A DNA stretch of 57,047 nucleotides from Candidatus Planktophila sp. (GTDB taxonomy: Bacteria; Actinomycetota; Actinomycetes; Nanopelagicales; Nanopelagicaceae): the NCBI GenBank assembly GCA_044355565.1, contig JBIKXW010000001.1:1-57047 (forward strand). Reading direction: 5' to 3'. The position numbers and the translations under genes are program-made. The notes beneath the pieces were generated by a model. It saw only the letters and a program-made list of their open reading frames with translations, had not been told where the DNA came from and made no database searches. Numbering within the stretch: the first letter of the stretch is position 1; every line of letters starts with the position of its first letter. Below, piece by piece: positions 1 through 10,237 of the stretch.

Positions 1-620
1 CCTTTGAACGTTTTCTAGAAGCCTTTGGCACTGAGGATCAATCACAACGTGATGAGTATCTGCAACAGCACACCAAGGATTTGTTGAAGCATGTTGAAGC
101 GCTCGCAAAGCGGGGCTATCACAAATCCGCTGGCTCTCCAGATTTTGTTGTTCTCTTCGTTCCCTTTGAAACCTTATTATCTGAGGCATTGCGCATGGAT
201 CCAATGTTCCTTGAAAAGGCGTTCAAGGTTGGTGTCACTATTGCGACCCCAACATCGATGATGGCGTTGCTGCGCACAATCGGTTACATCTTTACCCGCA
301 ATAAGTTGGCGGAAAATGCTGATGAGATTCAAAAGGTTGCAAGCACCTTCTTGAAGAACATCACCTTGTTGCATACAAAGATTGTGGCCGTTGGCAAAGC
401 GATCTCATCGACATCAAAGGCGTATGAGGATCTCGTGCCAACAGCTGAAAAGACTGTTTTGGCACCGGCCAGAAGAATTCACAACTTAGGTGTCACAGGG
501 GATAAAGATAAGTTAGCGATTGAGTATCCTGAAGCCCCTGGCGCGGTTCGCGATCTAAAGAGCGCCGAACTAGAAGCTGGCGATGATTACATTGATGCAG
601 AAGAGGTAGATGAGCGATGA
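1..620 (+). CDS. rmuC: DNA recombination protein RmuC (5'-truncated by window edge)
   Basis: Frame is open from position 3; SPDFVVLFVPFE and ATPTSMMALLRTI match RmuC C-terminal motifs; usual position next to ispH. Confidence 0.88.
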   Translation, partial: FERFLEAFGTEDQSQRDEYLQQHTKDLLKHVEALAKRGYHKSAGSPDFVVLFVPFETLLSEALRMDPMFLEKAFKVGVTIATPTSMMALLRTIGYIFTRNKLAENADEIQKVASTFLKNITLLHTKIVAVGKAISSTSKAYEDLVPTAEKTVLAPARRIHNLGVTGDKDKLAIEYPEAPGAVRDLKSAELEAGDDYIDAEEVDER

Positions 621-1039
621 GTACAGTTCAAAAGTTGCAGATCCAAGGTCCTGGATTAAAGAAGCAGGGCATTGTTGTTTTGCAGTTTCTCTTTATCGGC
701 TTTTTTGTCTTTATTGAGATGACAATCCGCACAGGGGTAGGAATCCTGACGGGAATCGCTATCTGTGCGGCAACCTTTGCATCAATTCGTTTTGGACGTC
801 CCGGAACACGCTATGTTTCAGCTGTCACTCCCCCACTAGCCTTTGTGGGCAGTGCACTTTTCTTCACAATTTTGCTGGGTGGATTTAGACCTTCACGGGT
901 CGGTATTGATTTCATCGCAGCCCTTGCATCAGAGGCGCCATTCTTGATTGTTTCAGCGCTCTATGGCTGGTTTGTGTATGGGAATGAAAGAGCGAAGGGT
1001 AAACCTTCAAAGCAAAGAGCTGCGCGACAAGCAGATTAA
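617..1039 (+). CDS. Small integral membrane protein (DUF6542-like)
   Basis: About 4 hydrophobic segments, AVTPPL motif, conserved slot between rmuC and ispH, ATGA overlap with rmuC. Confidence 0.6.
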   Translation: MSTVQKLQIQGPGLKKQGIVVLQFLFIGFFVFIEMTIRTGVGILTGIAICAATFASIRFGRPGTRYVSAVTPPLAFVGSALFFTILLGGFRPSRVGIDFIAALASEAPFLIVSALYGWFVYGNERAKGKPSKQRAARQAD

Positions 1040-1992
1040 GCCAGTCCAGCCGCCTTCATATCTTTACGAAGCTCAGGTGGCAAAGCAAAAAGTAGAGACT
1101 CTTCAGCGGCGGTGATCTCTTGAACATCGCGGAAGCCATGTTCTGCAAGGGTTGCTAAAACATCCTTCACTAATATCTCTGGCACCGATGCACCGCTTGT
1201 AACGCCGATTGTTTCGACATCTGTAAACCAGTGATCCTGAATCTCTTCGGCGTAATCAATCAAATGTGAAACTTTGGCACCATACTCAAGAGCGACCTCT
1301 GCCAGGCGTACCGAGTTACTTGAGTTTTGTGAACCAACGACGATGACTAAATCTGCTTGTGGTGCGATGACCTTGATCGCTTCTTGGCGATTTTGGGTTG
1401 CATAACAAATGTCATCACTTGGTGGTGCCTGAATATCTGGAAAGCGCTCCTTCAAAATTGCAACGGTTTCCATAGTTTCATCAACAGACAGGGTTGTTTG
1501 TGAAAGCCAAATCAAATTCTTGCCAGGTGTTGGCACAATGGTGCGTGCACCTTCAAGGCCATCAACGATGCGAACCTTGTCTGGGGCTTCACCCGCAGTT
1601 CCCTCAACCTCTTCATGGCCGTGGTGGCCAATCAACAAAATCTCTGCATCCTCGGTCGCAAAGCGTCGAACCTCGTGGTGGACCTTGGTCACCAAAGGAC
1701 AGGTGGCATCGATTGTTTTAAGGTTTCGCGAAGCCGCCTCTTCATGCACCATCGGTGAAACACCATGTGCTGAGAAAACTACTGTCTGACCTTCAGGAAT
1801 CTGATCTGTCTCATCAACAAAGATCGCACCCTTTGCTTCGAGCGAGGTCACAACGTGAACGTTGTGCACGATCTGCTTGCGAACATAGACCGGGGCACCA
1901 TAGAGAGCCAACGCCTTTTCAACGGTAACAACGGCGCGATCTACCCCTGCGCAATATCCGCGAGGCGCTGCCAGTAGAACTCTCTTAGCCAT
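1036..1992 (-). CDS. ispH: 4-hydroxy-3-methylbut-2-enyl diphosphate reductase
   Basis: [32 protein letters not shown] and TSGASVPE motifs. Confidence 0.97.
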   Translation of the reverse strand: MAKRVLLAAPRGYCAGVDRAVVTVEKALALYGAPVYVRKQIVHNVHVVTSLEAKGAIFVDETDQIPEGQTVVFSAHGVSPMVHEEAASRNLKTIDATCPLVTKVHHEVRRFATEDAEILLIGHHGHEEVEGTAGEAPDKVRIVDGLEGARTIVPTPGKNLIWLSQTTLSVDETMETVAILKERFPDIQAPPSDDICYATQNRQEAIKVIAPQADLVIVVGSQNSSNSVRLAEVALEYGAKVSHLIDYAEEIQDHWFTDVETIGVTSGASVPEILVKDVLATLAEHGFRDVQEITAAEESLLFALPPELRKDMKAAGLA

Positions 1993-1998
1993 GGGGGC

Positions 1999-2011
1999 AG
2001 TCTATTAGGCT
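1999..2011. promoter_or_regulatory. Back-to-back -10 boxes for leaderless ispH (TAGACT, minus) and xseA (TAGGCT, plus)
   Basis: Each TANNNT hexamer is 6 nt before its ATG; no Shine-Dalgarno in the 25-bp gap. Confidence 0.65.
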
Positions 2012-2017
2012 CATCCC

Positions 2018-3214
2018 ATGTTCGAAACTTCAAGTGAGGCACCAGCAACGGTTCGGACCGTCTCTGAAGCGATCAAGGATTACATAGAACGGCTAGGCCC
2101 TATCTGGATTGAGGGCGAGATCAGCGAATTGAATGAACGCAGCGGAATGATGGCATTTATGCGGTTGCGCGATCCAAGCGTTGATATGTCTATCTCGGTG
2201 ATGTGCCACAAATCTGTGATCGCCGCTGTGAAGCCTTTGCCTGATAACGCCCGCATTGTTATGTATGCAAAGCCATCCTGGTACACAAAAAATGGATCCC
2301 TCTCATTTTCAGCCCGGGAAATTCGTCAGGTCGGAGTCGGCGAGCTGCTTGCTCGATTAGAGGCGTTGAAAGAAAAGCTAGCTGCTGAAGGATTGTTTAA
2401 CTCTGATCGCAAAGTGGCTCTGCCCTTGCTGCCACACGTTATTGGATTGATTTGCGGTCGCAACACAGATGCTGAAAAAGATGTTGTTGAAAATGCAAAG
2501 CGTCGTTGGCCCAGCGTTCAATTTGAAATCCGCGAGGTAACTGTTCAAGGCGCTGCTGCCGTTAGCGAGGTTTCACAAGCGCTGCGCGAGTTAGAAGCCA
2601 ATAAAGATGTTGAGGTCATCATCATTACTCGCGGCGGCGGATCCTTTGAAGATTTGCTGCCCTTTAGCGATGAAGGTTTAGTGCGTTTGGCAGCATCATG
2701 TACGACCCCAATTGTTTCTGCGATCGGTCATGAAAAGGATTCGCCGTTATTGGATTTAGTTGCTGATTACCGAGCATCTACACCAACAGATGCAGCTAAA
2801 CGAGTTGTTCCAGATATCAGTGAAGAGATTCAGATGATCAGTTCGATGCGAGATCGTGCCCGTCGCACATTGGTCAATCGACTAGATCTTGAAATGACGC
2901 GAATTACTAATTTTAGAAACCGTCCCGTCATGAAAGACCCACATGTCTTAATCACTACAAGGGCTGAAGTCATTGCTGGACTGCGCGATAGATCTAGTCG
3001 ATCCTTTGGCTCATCCTTGAAATTGGCCAAAGAGGAGCTCAAGCAGATCAAGGCGCGCGTGCGGTCCTTGTCACCGCAATCAACATTGGATCGTGGCTAT
3101 TCAGTAGTCCAGCTAGCCGACGGCCAGATCGTGACAGATCCAAAGAAGGTAAAAACGGGCGATGAATTACGTCTTCGTCTTGCAAAGGGCGAGACCAAAG
3201 CCACAGTCAAGTAG
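2018..3214 (+). CDS. xseA: Exodeoxyribonuclease VII large subunit
   Basis: IWIEGEISEL OB-fold start, RGGGSFEDL, SAIGHEKD, TPTDAA and LDRGYSVV motifs. Confidence 0.96.
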   Translation: MFETSSEAPATVRTVSEAIKDYIERLGPIWIEGEISELNERSGMMAFMRLRDPSVDMSISVMCHKSVIAAVKPLPDNARIVMYAKPSWYTKNGSLSFSAREIRQVGVGELLARLEALKEKLAAEGLFNSDRKVALPLLPHVIGLICGRNTDAEKDVVENAKRRWPSVQFEIREVTVQGAAAVSEVSQALRELEANKDVEVIIITRGGGSFEDLLPFSDEGLVRLAASCTTPIVSAIGHEKDSPLLDLVADYRASTPTDAAKRVVPDISEEIQMISSMRDRARRTLVNRLDLEMTRITNFRNRPVMKDPHVLITTRAEVIAGLRDRSSRSFGSSLKLAKEELKQIKARVRSLSPQSTLDRGYSVVQLADGQIVTDPKKVKTGDELRLRLAKGETKATVK

Positions 3215-3240
3215 TTGCCAAGAGAGAGTAGATTTAGCAC

Positions 3241-3435
3241 ATGGCCGAAGCAAAGAAAATCTCCTATGAAGCAGCACGTGATGAGCTAGCAGAGGTTGTT
3301 GAATCCCTAGAAGCGGGAAGTGCAACCCTTGAAGAGTCATTGAAGTTGTGGGAGCGCGGCGAAGAGTTAGCCAAGATCTGCCAGGAATGGTTGGACGGAG
3401 CTAAGAAAAAACTTGACGCGGTAAAGCCCGAATAG
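3241..3435 (+). CDS. xseB: Exodeoxyribonuclease VII small subunit
   Basis: SYEAARDEL...[14 protein letters not shown]...CQEWL; follows xseA. Confidence 0.95.
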   Translation: MAEAKKISYEAARDELAEVVESLEAGSATLEESLKLWERGEELAKICQEWLDGAKKKLDAVKPE

Positions 3436-3443
3436 AAACCCAG

Positions 3444-5096
3444 ATGCCAAACTTTTCATACTCAGATCTTCTGCCTCTTGGCGAGGATAAGACTAAGTAC
3501 CGTCTTGTCAGTACCGAGGGTGTTTCAGTTGTAAAGCTTGGCGACAAAGAGTTTTTACAGGTTGAACCATCAGCCCTTGAACTGCTGACATCTGAGGCGA
3601 TTCATGACATCAACCATTACCTTCGCGCAGACCACCTGCAGCAGTTAACAAATATCGTTAAAGACCCAGAGGCCTCGCCCAATGATCGTTTTGTTGCGAT
3701 CGACCTATTGAAAAATGCCAACATTGCAGCGGGCGGTGTTTTGCCAATGTGCCAGGACACTGGAACCGCTTTAGTTATGGGCAAAAAAGGCCAATTTGTT
3801 TTAACAACCGGCAAGGATGAGGTGGCTATTTCACAAGGTATTTACGATGCCTACACCACCTTGAATCTTCGCTACTCCCAGATGGCCCCCGTAACTACCT
3901 GGGAGGAAAAGAACACCGGCAATAACTTGCCAGCCCAGATCGAAATCTATGCAGATAGCGATCATCAGGATGAGTACAACTTTATGTATATCGCCAAGGG
4001 TGGTGGCAGTGCTAACAAATCATTTTTATACCAAGAAACAAAGGCTGTTTTGAACCCAACCTCATTTATGAACTGGTTGGATGAAAAACTTCGCTCTATT
4101 GGAACCGCAGCTTGCCCTCCGTATCACCTGGCCATTGTCATCGGCGGAACAAGTGCCGAGCACACCGTCAAGACTGCAAAGCTTGCCAGCACCAAGTACT
4201 TGGATTCACTGCCAACTTCAGGAGATGCGGCAACTGGACATGGCTTCAGAGATGTTGAATTAGAGCAAAAGGTTCTTGAACTCACCCGCACCCTTGGAAT
4301 CGGCGCACAGTTTGGTGGCAAGTACTTCTGTCACGATGTTCGCGTTGTTCGCCTTCCTCGTCATGGTGCATCGCTGCCAATCGCAATCGCGGTCTCCTGT
4401 TCTGCAGATCGTCAGGCAAAGGCCAAGATCACCAAGGATGGAATCTTCCTGGAAGAGCTCGAGCGCGATCCGGCACATTTCTTGCCAGAGACAACTGATG
4501 AGCATCTCAATGATGATGTTGTTGCGATTGATTTAAATCAACCAATGTCCGATGTCTTAGCTGAGCTTTCCAAGCACCCGGTAAAGAGCCGTCTATCCCT
4601 GACCGGAACTCTGGTTGTGGCCCGCGATTTAGCACACGCCAAGATCAAGGCGATGATGGATGAGGGCAAGCCAATGCCTGAATATATGAAGAAATACGCT
4701 GTTTATTACGCAGGTCCGGCCAAGACCCCTGAAGGGTATGCATCAGGATCCTTTGGGCCAACAACTGCAGGTCGTATGGATTCCTATGTTGATTACTTCC
4801 AAGCACAGGGCGGTTCTATGGTGATGCTTGCCAAGGGCAACCGATCAAAGGCTGTTACTGATGCATGTAAATCTCATGGTGGTTTTTATCTTGGATCGAT
4901 CGGAGGTCCAGCTGCTCGGTTGGCCTTGGATTGCATCACCAAGGTTGAAGTCTTAGATTTTGAAGAGCTAGGAATGGAAGCGGTCTGGAAGATCGATGTT
5001 GTGGATTTCCCAGCCTTCATCGTTGTCGATGACAAGGGCAATGATTTCTTTGCTGAAACAAGCAAGCCGATGAGTATTGGTAAAAAACCTAATTAA
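3444..5096 (+). CDS. fumA: Class I (Fe-S) fumarate hydratase
   Basis: [30 protein letters not shown] and GPTTAGRMD motifs. Confidence 0.95.
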   Translation: MPNFSYSDLLPLGEDKTKYRLVSTEGVSVVKLGDKEFLQVEPSALELLTSEAIHDINHYLRADHLQQLTNIVKDPEASPNDRFVAIDLLKNANIAAGGVLPMCQDTGTALVMGKKGQFVLTTGKDEVAISQGIYDAYTTLNLRYSQMAPVTTWEEKNTGNNLPAQIEIYADSDHQDEYNFMYIAKGGGSANKSFLYQETKAVLNPTSFMNWLDEKLRSIGTAACPPYHLAIVIGGTSAEHTVKTAKLASTKYLDSLPTSGDAATGHGFRDVELEQKVLELTRTLGIGAQFGGKYFCHDVRVVRLPRHGASLPIAIAVSCSADRQAKAKITKDGIFLEELERDPAHFLPETTDEHLNDDVVAIDLNQPMSDVLAELSKHPVKSRLSLTGTLVVARDLAHAKIKAMMDEGKPMPEYMKKYAVYYAGPAKTPEGYASGSFGPTTAGRMDSYVDYFQAQGGSMVMLAKGNRSKAVTDACKSHGGFYLGSIGGPAARLALDCITKVEVLDFEELGMEAVWKIDVVDFPAFIVVDDKGNDFFAETSKPMSIGKKPN

Positions 5097-5111
5097 CTGT
5101 AGACGCTAGCT

Positions 5112-5699
5112 TTAGTACCAGTTGCTGCGCTTGTGTTTTGCCAGCGCCTTGCATGGTGTCTCATATCGAATGCTGATGTAGCGAAGTCCCCATCGGATCT
5201 GAGTTACAGGGTTGGTGCGCCAATCTGTTGAAACAACATTCATCTTTGAAGCTGGCAGCGCCTGAGGAATTCCATGGGCGCCAGATTTCTTATTACGAGA
5301 TTTGTAGTTCCAATTACTTTCCTGAGTCCACAGTTGATTGAGGCAGTTGTACTGCTTCTCATTAAAGCCGTACTCATCCAGCAGGATGCTCTTGGCAACC
5401 TTCTTCGCTCCAAATGGAGTTCTGGCTAACTCAACCTGACGACTTACCGCCGAGACCAAAGCCATCTGAGTCGAGAAGATCGCACCCGATGCTGTGGCGG
5501 TGAGGTCATCCTCGCCAAAGAGAGCGGCCTCAGTTTGTGGTTCAACGATCACGGTGCTCTGAGGTGTCGTAAGTTCAACGCTCGAGGTCAGTGAGGCCTC
5601 CAAAGCGTTTGCCGATGGCAACAAGGTTGCGATCAGCAACAGGGAGGAGGAGATGCCAAGGATGGCGATCATCTTTTTAATCTGTATAGCTGTCTTCAT
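5112..5699 (-). CDS. Secreted lytic transglycosylase (SLT/lysozyme-like C-terminal domain)
   Basis: Signal peptide; QYNCLNQLWTQESNW, GAHGIPQALP, NPVTQIRWGLRYI..RY..PC motifs. Start moved to the ATG at 5699, which follows SD GGAAAGGAG (track start 5717). Confidence 0.85.
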   Translation of the reverse strand: MKTAIQIKKMIAILGISSSLLLIATLLPSANALEASLTSSVELTTPQSTVIVEPQTEAALFGEDDLTATASGAIFSTQMALVSAVSRQVELARTPFGAKKVAKSILLDEYGFNEKQYNCLNQLWTQESNWNYKSRNKKSGAHGIPQALPASKMNVVSTDWRTNPVTQIRWGLRYISIRYETPCKALAKHKRSNWY

Positions 5700-5846
5700 C
5701 TCGGTACTCCTTTCCATATCTCATCACCCCCGAGTACTCACCCGAGCTTTCCTGCCATGACTCAATAGCCTCAATTGAGGCTTATAGAGTTAAGGGGAAT
5801 GCCTTTATGGTGAGGTATGAGCGGCGCAACGGCAAATTAAAGTATG
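5700..5846 (-). promoter_or_regulatory. Candidate structured 5' leader and -10 box of the transglycosylase gene
   Basis: -10-like CATACT at 5841-5846; perfect 16-bp palindrome AGCCTCAATTGAGGCT at 5767-5782 inside a longer foldable region. Confidence 0.45.
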
Positions 5847-5999
5847 CGGGAGTCGGAAATTCTCAGAAAAGTAAAAAGGTGTGGGCAGGTAAAACCGCAG
5901 GTCAGTTAGGGGAATGTCCGATATGTCCGAAATGTGACTGTGAGATAGATTTGGCCCTGAGATCGGCCATGTCGCTACCGGCTTTTTGGCCCGCCTCTT

Positions 6000-7316
6000 T
6001 TAGCTCGGAAGGGGGCCTTCCAGCATCTCAGTGACCAGTGCGGCGATCGGCGAGCGCTCGCTTCGGGTCAAGGTGACATGGGCGAAGAGTGGATGGCCCT
6101 TCAAAGTTTCAACAACAGCGACAACTCCATCATGACGACCGACCCGCAAGTTATCTCGCTGGGCGATGTCATGGGTCAGGACGACTCGAGATGCGGTGCC
6201 AATTCGTGACAGGACTGTCAGTAGGACTCCCCGCTCCAAAGATTGAGCCTCATCGACGATGACAAAGGAGTCGTGAAGTGAGCGGCCACGGATATGTGTC
6301 AGCGGCAAAACCTCAATCAATCCCCGATCAATGATTTCATCGATCACCGGCTGGCTTACTAATGCCCCCAAGGTGTCAAAAACCGCTTGAGCCCAAGGAG
6401 ACATCTTCTCGCCTTCAGAGCCGGGCAGGTATCCCAGCTCTTGGCCACCAACTGGATACAAGGGGCGGAAGATGACAACCTTTTTGTGAAGACGTTTCTC
6501 CATCACCGCTTCTAATCCAGCACATAAAGCCAACGCTGATTTTCCAGTTCCGGCACGTCCACCCAAGGAGACAATGCCAATACCTTCATCCAACAAGATA
6601 TCGAGTGCGATCCGTTGTTCAGCGCTTCGACCATGAAGTCCAAAGGCTTGGCGATCACCCCGAACCAACTTCAACTGTTTGTCGGCGGTGACTCGAGCAA
6701 GGGCTGATCCTTTTTCTGAATGGAGCACTACCCCGGTATGAACCGGCAGTTGATGGGCGGCCTCATGATCTGCAAACTCTCCTGAGTAAAGGTCATCGAT
6801 GGTCGAGGATGAAACATCCACATCCTCTATACCGGTCCAGCCGCTATTTGAAACTAGCTCCGCTAAATACTCCTGCGCCTCGACACCAACGGATGAGGCT
6901 TTGACTCGAAGCGGCAGATCCTTGGTTACCAAAATGACATTTTTTCCATCAGACATCAGGTTCTTTGAGATGGCAAGGATTCGAGAGTCATTAGTGCCAT
7001 CCCGCAAAAATCCATGGGGCAGGGTTGAAAGATCGGTGTGGTTGAGTTCGACGGAAAGGGTTCCGCCTTCAGGGGTAATTGTCAGCGCTTTATCCAACCG
7101 GCCATGGCTAACCCGGAGATCATCAAGGGCGCGCAAAGCGGCACGGGCAAAGTAGCCCAATTCTGGGTGATCCCGCTTGGATTCTAGCTCTCCGATAACT
7201 GCGATCGGGATGATGACTTCATGTTCGGCAAATCTATAGAGCGCCCCGGGGTCTGCGAGCAAAACACTGGTATCTAAAACAAAGGTTTTCTTAGCTTTTT
7301 GACCTTTAGCAGCCAA
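6000..7316 (-). CDS. phoH2: PIN-PhoH fusion protein (PhoH2-like RNase/ATPase)
   Basis: N-terminal PIN motif FVLDTSVLL; Walker A GRAGTGKS; RGRSL; DEAQ; TTG start with AGGAG SD. Confidence 0.92.
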   Translation of the reverse strand: MAAKGQKAKKTFVLDTSVLLADPGALYRFAEHEVIIPIAVIGELESKRDHPELGYFARAALRALDDLRVSHGRLDKALTITPEGGTLSVELNHTDLSTLPHGFLRDGTNDSRILAISKNLMSDGKNVILVTKDLPLRVKASSVGVEAQEYLAELVSNSGWTGIEDVDVSSSTIDDLYSGEFADHEAAHQLPVHTGVVLHSEKGSALARVTADKQLKLVRGDRQAFGLHGRSAEQRIALDILLDEGIGIVSLGGRAGTGKSALALCAGLEAVMEKRLHKKVVIFRPLYPVGGQELGYLPGSEGEKMSPWAQAVFDTLGALVSQPVIDEIIDRGLIEVLPLTHIRGRSLHDSFVIVDEAQSLERGVLLTVLSRIGTASRVVLTHDIAQRDNLRVGRHDGVVAVVETLKGHPLFAHVTLTRSERSPIAALVTEMLEGPLPS

Positions 7317-7436
7317 TGCTTACTCCTAGATTAAATTGTTCTCGCCGGATGTGCTTCTGACAGTAAAAAGGTAGAACTGTTAGCGAGGAAAAGTGCGCAG
7401 ACACGCGACGGTGAAAAGTTAAATCTTGGTTTCGCT

Positions 7437-8213
7437 TTATGAACCGAAGCGGCGTTGTCTCACAGAGTAAGAACGAAGTGCGCGAAGGAAATCTACTCGA
7501 CGGAAATCTGGCCAATAGGCCTCACAAAAGTAAAACTCAGATAATGCGCTTTGCCATAACAGAAAGCCGCCGAGTCTTTGTTCGCCGGAGGTTCGAATTA
7601 ATAGTTCAGGATCTGGTTGTCCTGCGGTGTATAAAAACTTTGAAATATCTTCAATCTTTAAACTCTCTTGTGCTTGCTTAATGGAATGACCGGCAGACTC
7701 GGCATCGCTTAAGTAGCTCTTGACCGCATCAACGATCTCGCGGCGGCCGCCGTAGCTAATGGCAACATTGACTTCGACACCATCATTGCGGATTGGCTTG
7801 AGTGAGCTGAGTTTTTCCTCAAGCCATGGTGGAAGTAAATCGAGGGCGCCCACAGCTTTGATATTCCAGCGACCTGTTGCAGCTAACTCATCAACAGTGT
7901 TGCCGATAATCTTTAGCAACTCATCGATCTCTTCCTGCGAGCGCTTGAAGTTATCGGTTGAAAGCAACCACAAAGTTACAACCTTGACCTGGGCATCATC
8001 GCACCAGCCCAAGAAATCGATGATCTTATTAGCTCCAGCTTTGTGGCCATGTGGATCATTAGCGGTGGGATTAGATTTTGCCCAACGACGATTTCCATCC
8101 AGGATTACGCCAACATGATGAGGGGTCTTTGAAAAATCCAATGATCGAACTAAGCGCCATTCATATAGCGGGTAGATCAGAGATTTAATGAGTTTACGAA
8201 TACTGGCGAACAA
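7437..8213 (-). CDS. cis-isoprenyl diphosphate synthase (UppS family, probably the short-chain Z-type paralog)
   Basis: HVGVILDGNRRWA, LSTDNFKR, YGGRREI and IRTSGEQRL motifs. Confidence 0.92.
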   Translation of the reverse strand: MFASIRKLIKSLIYPLYEWRLVRSLDFSKTPHHVGVILDGNRRWAKSNPTANDPHGHKAGANKIIDFLGWCDDAQVKVVTLWLLSTDNFKRSQEEIDELLKIIGNTVDELAATGRWNIKAVGALDLLPPWLEEKLSSLKPIRNDGVEVNVAISYGGRREIVDAVKSYLSDAESAGHSIKQAQESLKIEDISKFLYTAGQPDPELLIRTSGEQRLGGFLLWQSALSEFYFCEAYWPDFRRVDFLRALRSYSVRQRRFGS

Positions 8214-8493
8214 CTCTGCGCTCCGCAGCGATCGATGCGATTGGAAGAGTTCCGGCCAGAATGAGCCAGATGATCTTCTTCATCGGCCATTGAGCTTTGA
8301 CCGAGAATTGAATAGCAACCAGTACATACGCCGCGTACACCCAGCCATGAACAAAGGGGATCCAGGCAACCGCCTCTTTCCACTCTTGATTATTCAATAG
8401 ATACGCCACTGGCAGATCAACAAACCACAGTAAAAGAGACATAACCCCGGCGACTAGCGCCATAAATCGGTACCGCTTAATTGCTCCGCTCAT
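8194..8493 (-). CDS. DUF3817-family membrane protein
   Basis: RYRFMA start, HGWVY, LAGTLP...ERRV pattern; next to a SURF1-like gene. Confidence 0.8.
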   Translation of the reverse strand: MSGAIKRYRFMALVAGVMSLLLWFVDLPVAYLLNNQEWKEAVAWIPFVHGWVYAAYVLVAIQFSVKAQWPMKKIIWLILAGTLPIASIAAERRVVRQYS

Positions 8494-9200
8494 GGGGTAA
8501 CTCTACGGCGATAGAAGGGTAGATACAGCACAACAACAGCCATCAGCCACCAAATGACCACATAGGAAAGGTGCTGCCAGTAAAAACCAGGGATCTTAGG
8601 GTTGAGCTTTTCTTCAGTCACCCGGCTACGAATTAGTTCGCCATCACGGGTTGATTCAGATCTGGCCAAAATGTATCCGTCATATAAATCTAGATCAGTC
8701 AGACCGACAACAACGGCGCTATCGATTCGAGAAATGATTCCCGGGGTGTTATCTGCGCGATCTGCAAACTGACTTGCAACAACAACACCAGTTATATCGA
8801 TGTCCATAGATTGCTGAATATCTGGGTTGAGTAATCTTTCAGACCATAAACCACGAACAACTAAAATCGCAGAGCTTTGATCAACTTGGGCTAAGGCAAC
8901 CTCCCAATCAGCAACTACCCCATCACCATCGATTTGGTTAGGCGCTCTGAAATTTGCAATGTACTTTCCAGTTACTGAAACGGTTTGATTAAATGCTTGC
9001 TCACCTAATGATTGGCGGGGCGTTGCAACGGTTTGCAGCGGAACAACATCTGTAATGACTGTTCGGGCAACCTTTAAACTAGCTTTTAAATCCGCAGCGC
9101 GTTGAAGCTGCCAAAAACCCAATCCAACAAAAAGTGCAGCAATTAAGACAACTGCAACACCTTGGAAAATCTTGGTTAGAAGATTATTCGGTTGAGTCAT
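8490..9200 (-). CDS. SURF1-family membrane protein
   Basis: LGFWQLQRA after the N-terminal TM helix, LVVRG, C-terminal HLSYVVIWW TM helix. Confidence 0.8.
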   Translation of the reverse strand: MTQPNNLLTKIFQGVAVVLIAALFVGLGFWQLQRAADLKASLKVARTVITDVVPLQTVATPRQSLGEQAFNQTVSVTGKYIANFRAPNQIDGDGVVADWEVALAQVDQSSAILVVRGLWSERLLNPDIQQSMDIDITGVVVASQFADRADNTPGIISRIDSAVVVGLTDLDLYDGYILARSESTRDGELIRSRVTEEKLNPKIPGFYWQHLSYVVIWWLMAVVVLYLPFYRRRVTP

Positions 9201-9321
9201 CGCTTCGATCTACGCCCATGAAGCGCTTATAAAAACTGCGCATCAAAAAGACAACAGCGATAAGCAATATTCCAACCGTTAGGGAGCCGGCTGATCCCAT
9301 AAAGATTTCTTCTTGTTCCAT
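9184..9321 (-). CDS. 45-aa single-TM small protein (absent from ORF track)
   Basis: Manual translation MEQEEIFMGSAGSLTVGILLIAVVFLMRSFYKRFMGVDRSDDSTE*; fills the gap, overlaps the SURF1 start by 17 nt, and has CATGAT 6 nt upstream. Confidence 0.7.
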   Translation of the reverse strand: MEQEEIFMGSAGSLTVGILLIAVVFLMRSFYKRFMGVDRSDDSTE

Positions 9322-9335
9322 GCGATAATCATGTC

Positions 9336-9725
9336 ATGCAATCTCCAGAGCCGTTCAACTATGAAGAGCGATATGGCGCTGCCAAAGCCACGCGCTGGCC
9401 TGTGATCGCCCTTGTTGTAGCGATTCTGGGAATTGGTTGGCTGATGTGGTCTGCGCTGTATCACTCCAATCCACCGCTTCGCTCTCAGCTAGTTTCCTTC
9501 ACAATTACCAATGATCGTGAAGCATCTGTTCGATACTTCATTGAACGAACCGATAGCCAGCAGGTAGTGGTGTGCACACTGATTGCCCGCGATTACGATA
9601 AAAACATCGTGGGCCAGATCGATCAAGAGATTGGTGCGGGAAAATCAAAGGTTGAGCTGGTTACCGTTGTCCCTACGCGGAGCGAATCAGTCAATGCCGA
9701 TGTATCCAGTTGTCGCGCCAAGTAG
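9336..9725 (+). CDS. DUF4307-family membrane-anchored protein
   Basis: ERYG then one TM helix, VCTLIARD...VG and a C-terminal Cys; usual position upstream of greA. Confidence 0.8.
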   Translation: MQSPEPFNYEERYGAAKATRWPVIALVVAILGIGWLMWSALYHSNPPLRSQLVSFTITNDREASVRYFIERTDSQQVVVCTLIARDYDKNIVGQIDQEIGAGKSKVELVTVVPTRSESVNADVSSCRAK

Positions 9726-9747
9726 ATAGCCAGTACCGTTACCCCTT

Positions 9748-10221
9748 ATGACACAGACATGGTTAACCCAAGAGGCCGCAGATCGGTTGCGTGCTGAACT
9801 TGTGCAGCTTGAAGGTCCAGGTCGCAAAGATGTCACAGCCAAGATTGAGGCAGCCCGCGCCGAAGGTGATCTAAAAGAGAATGGCGGCTACCACGCAGCT
9901 CGTGATGAGCAAGGCAAGATGGAAGCGCGTATTCGCCAACTGAAGCAGATGCTAGAGAATGCGCACATTGGAACACCACCTGCGAGTGCCGATGGCAAAG
10001 TTGGTGCAGGAATGGTTGTTACCGCGATTATCGCTGGTGATGAGATGAAGTTTTTAATTGGCTCACGTGAGATCTCTTCAGGTGATCTCGATGTCTATAG
10101 CGAAAAATCACCACTGGGAGCTGCAGTTCTTGGCCAAGATGTCGGCGCAAAGGTTTCTTACACAGCACCTAACGGTCGCGAAATCTCAGTCGAAATCGTC
10201 GCTGCCGAGTTCTACGCCTAG
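9748..10221 (+). CDS. greA: Transcription elongation factor GreA
   Basis: ARAEGDLKENGGYHAARDEQ and SEKSPLGAA motifs. Confidence 0.97.
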   Translation: MTQTWLTQEAADRLRAELVQLEGPGRKDVTAKIEAARAEGDLKENGGYHAARDEQGKMEARIRQLKQMLENAHIGTPPASADGKVGAGMVVTAIIAGDEMKFLIGSREISSGDLDVYSEKSPLGAAVLGQDVGAKVSYTAPNGREISVEIVAAEFYA

Positions 10222-10237
10222 CAAAGAGTTTTTAGTC

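Noticed and set aside
5718-5840. c-di-AMP (ydaO) riboswitch call for the transglycosylase leader
   Set aside because: Hallmark ydaO segments (GCYGAAUCC, GGAACC, CAGCUAAC) are not visible. Kept only as an unclassified structured leader.
5807-6034. 75-aa plus-strand ORF in the transglycosylase-phoH2 gap
   Set aside because: It overlaps the promoter region and the phoH2 3' end in antisense, and has no recognizable motif.
10058-10237. Long greA/GH125 overlap suggesting a frameshift fusion
   Set aside because: The extension has no GH125-like sequence and I see no slippery site. An in-frame GTG at 10238 after the greA stop explains the gene.
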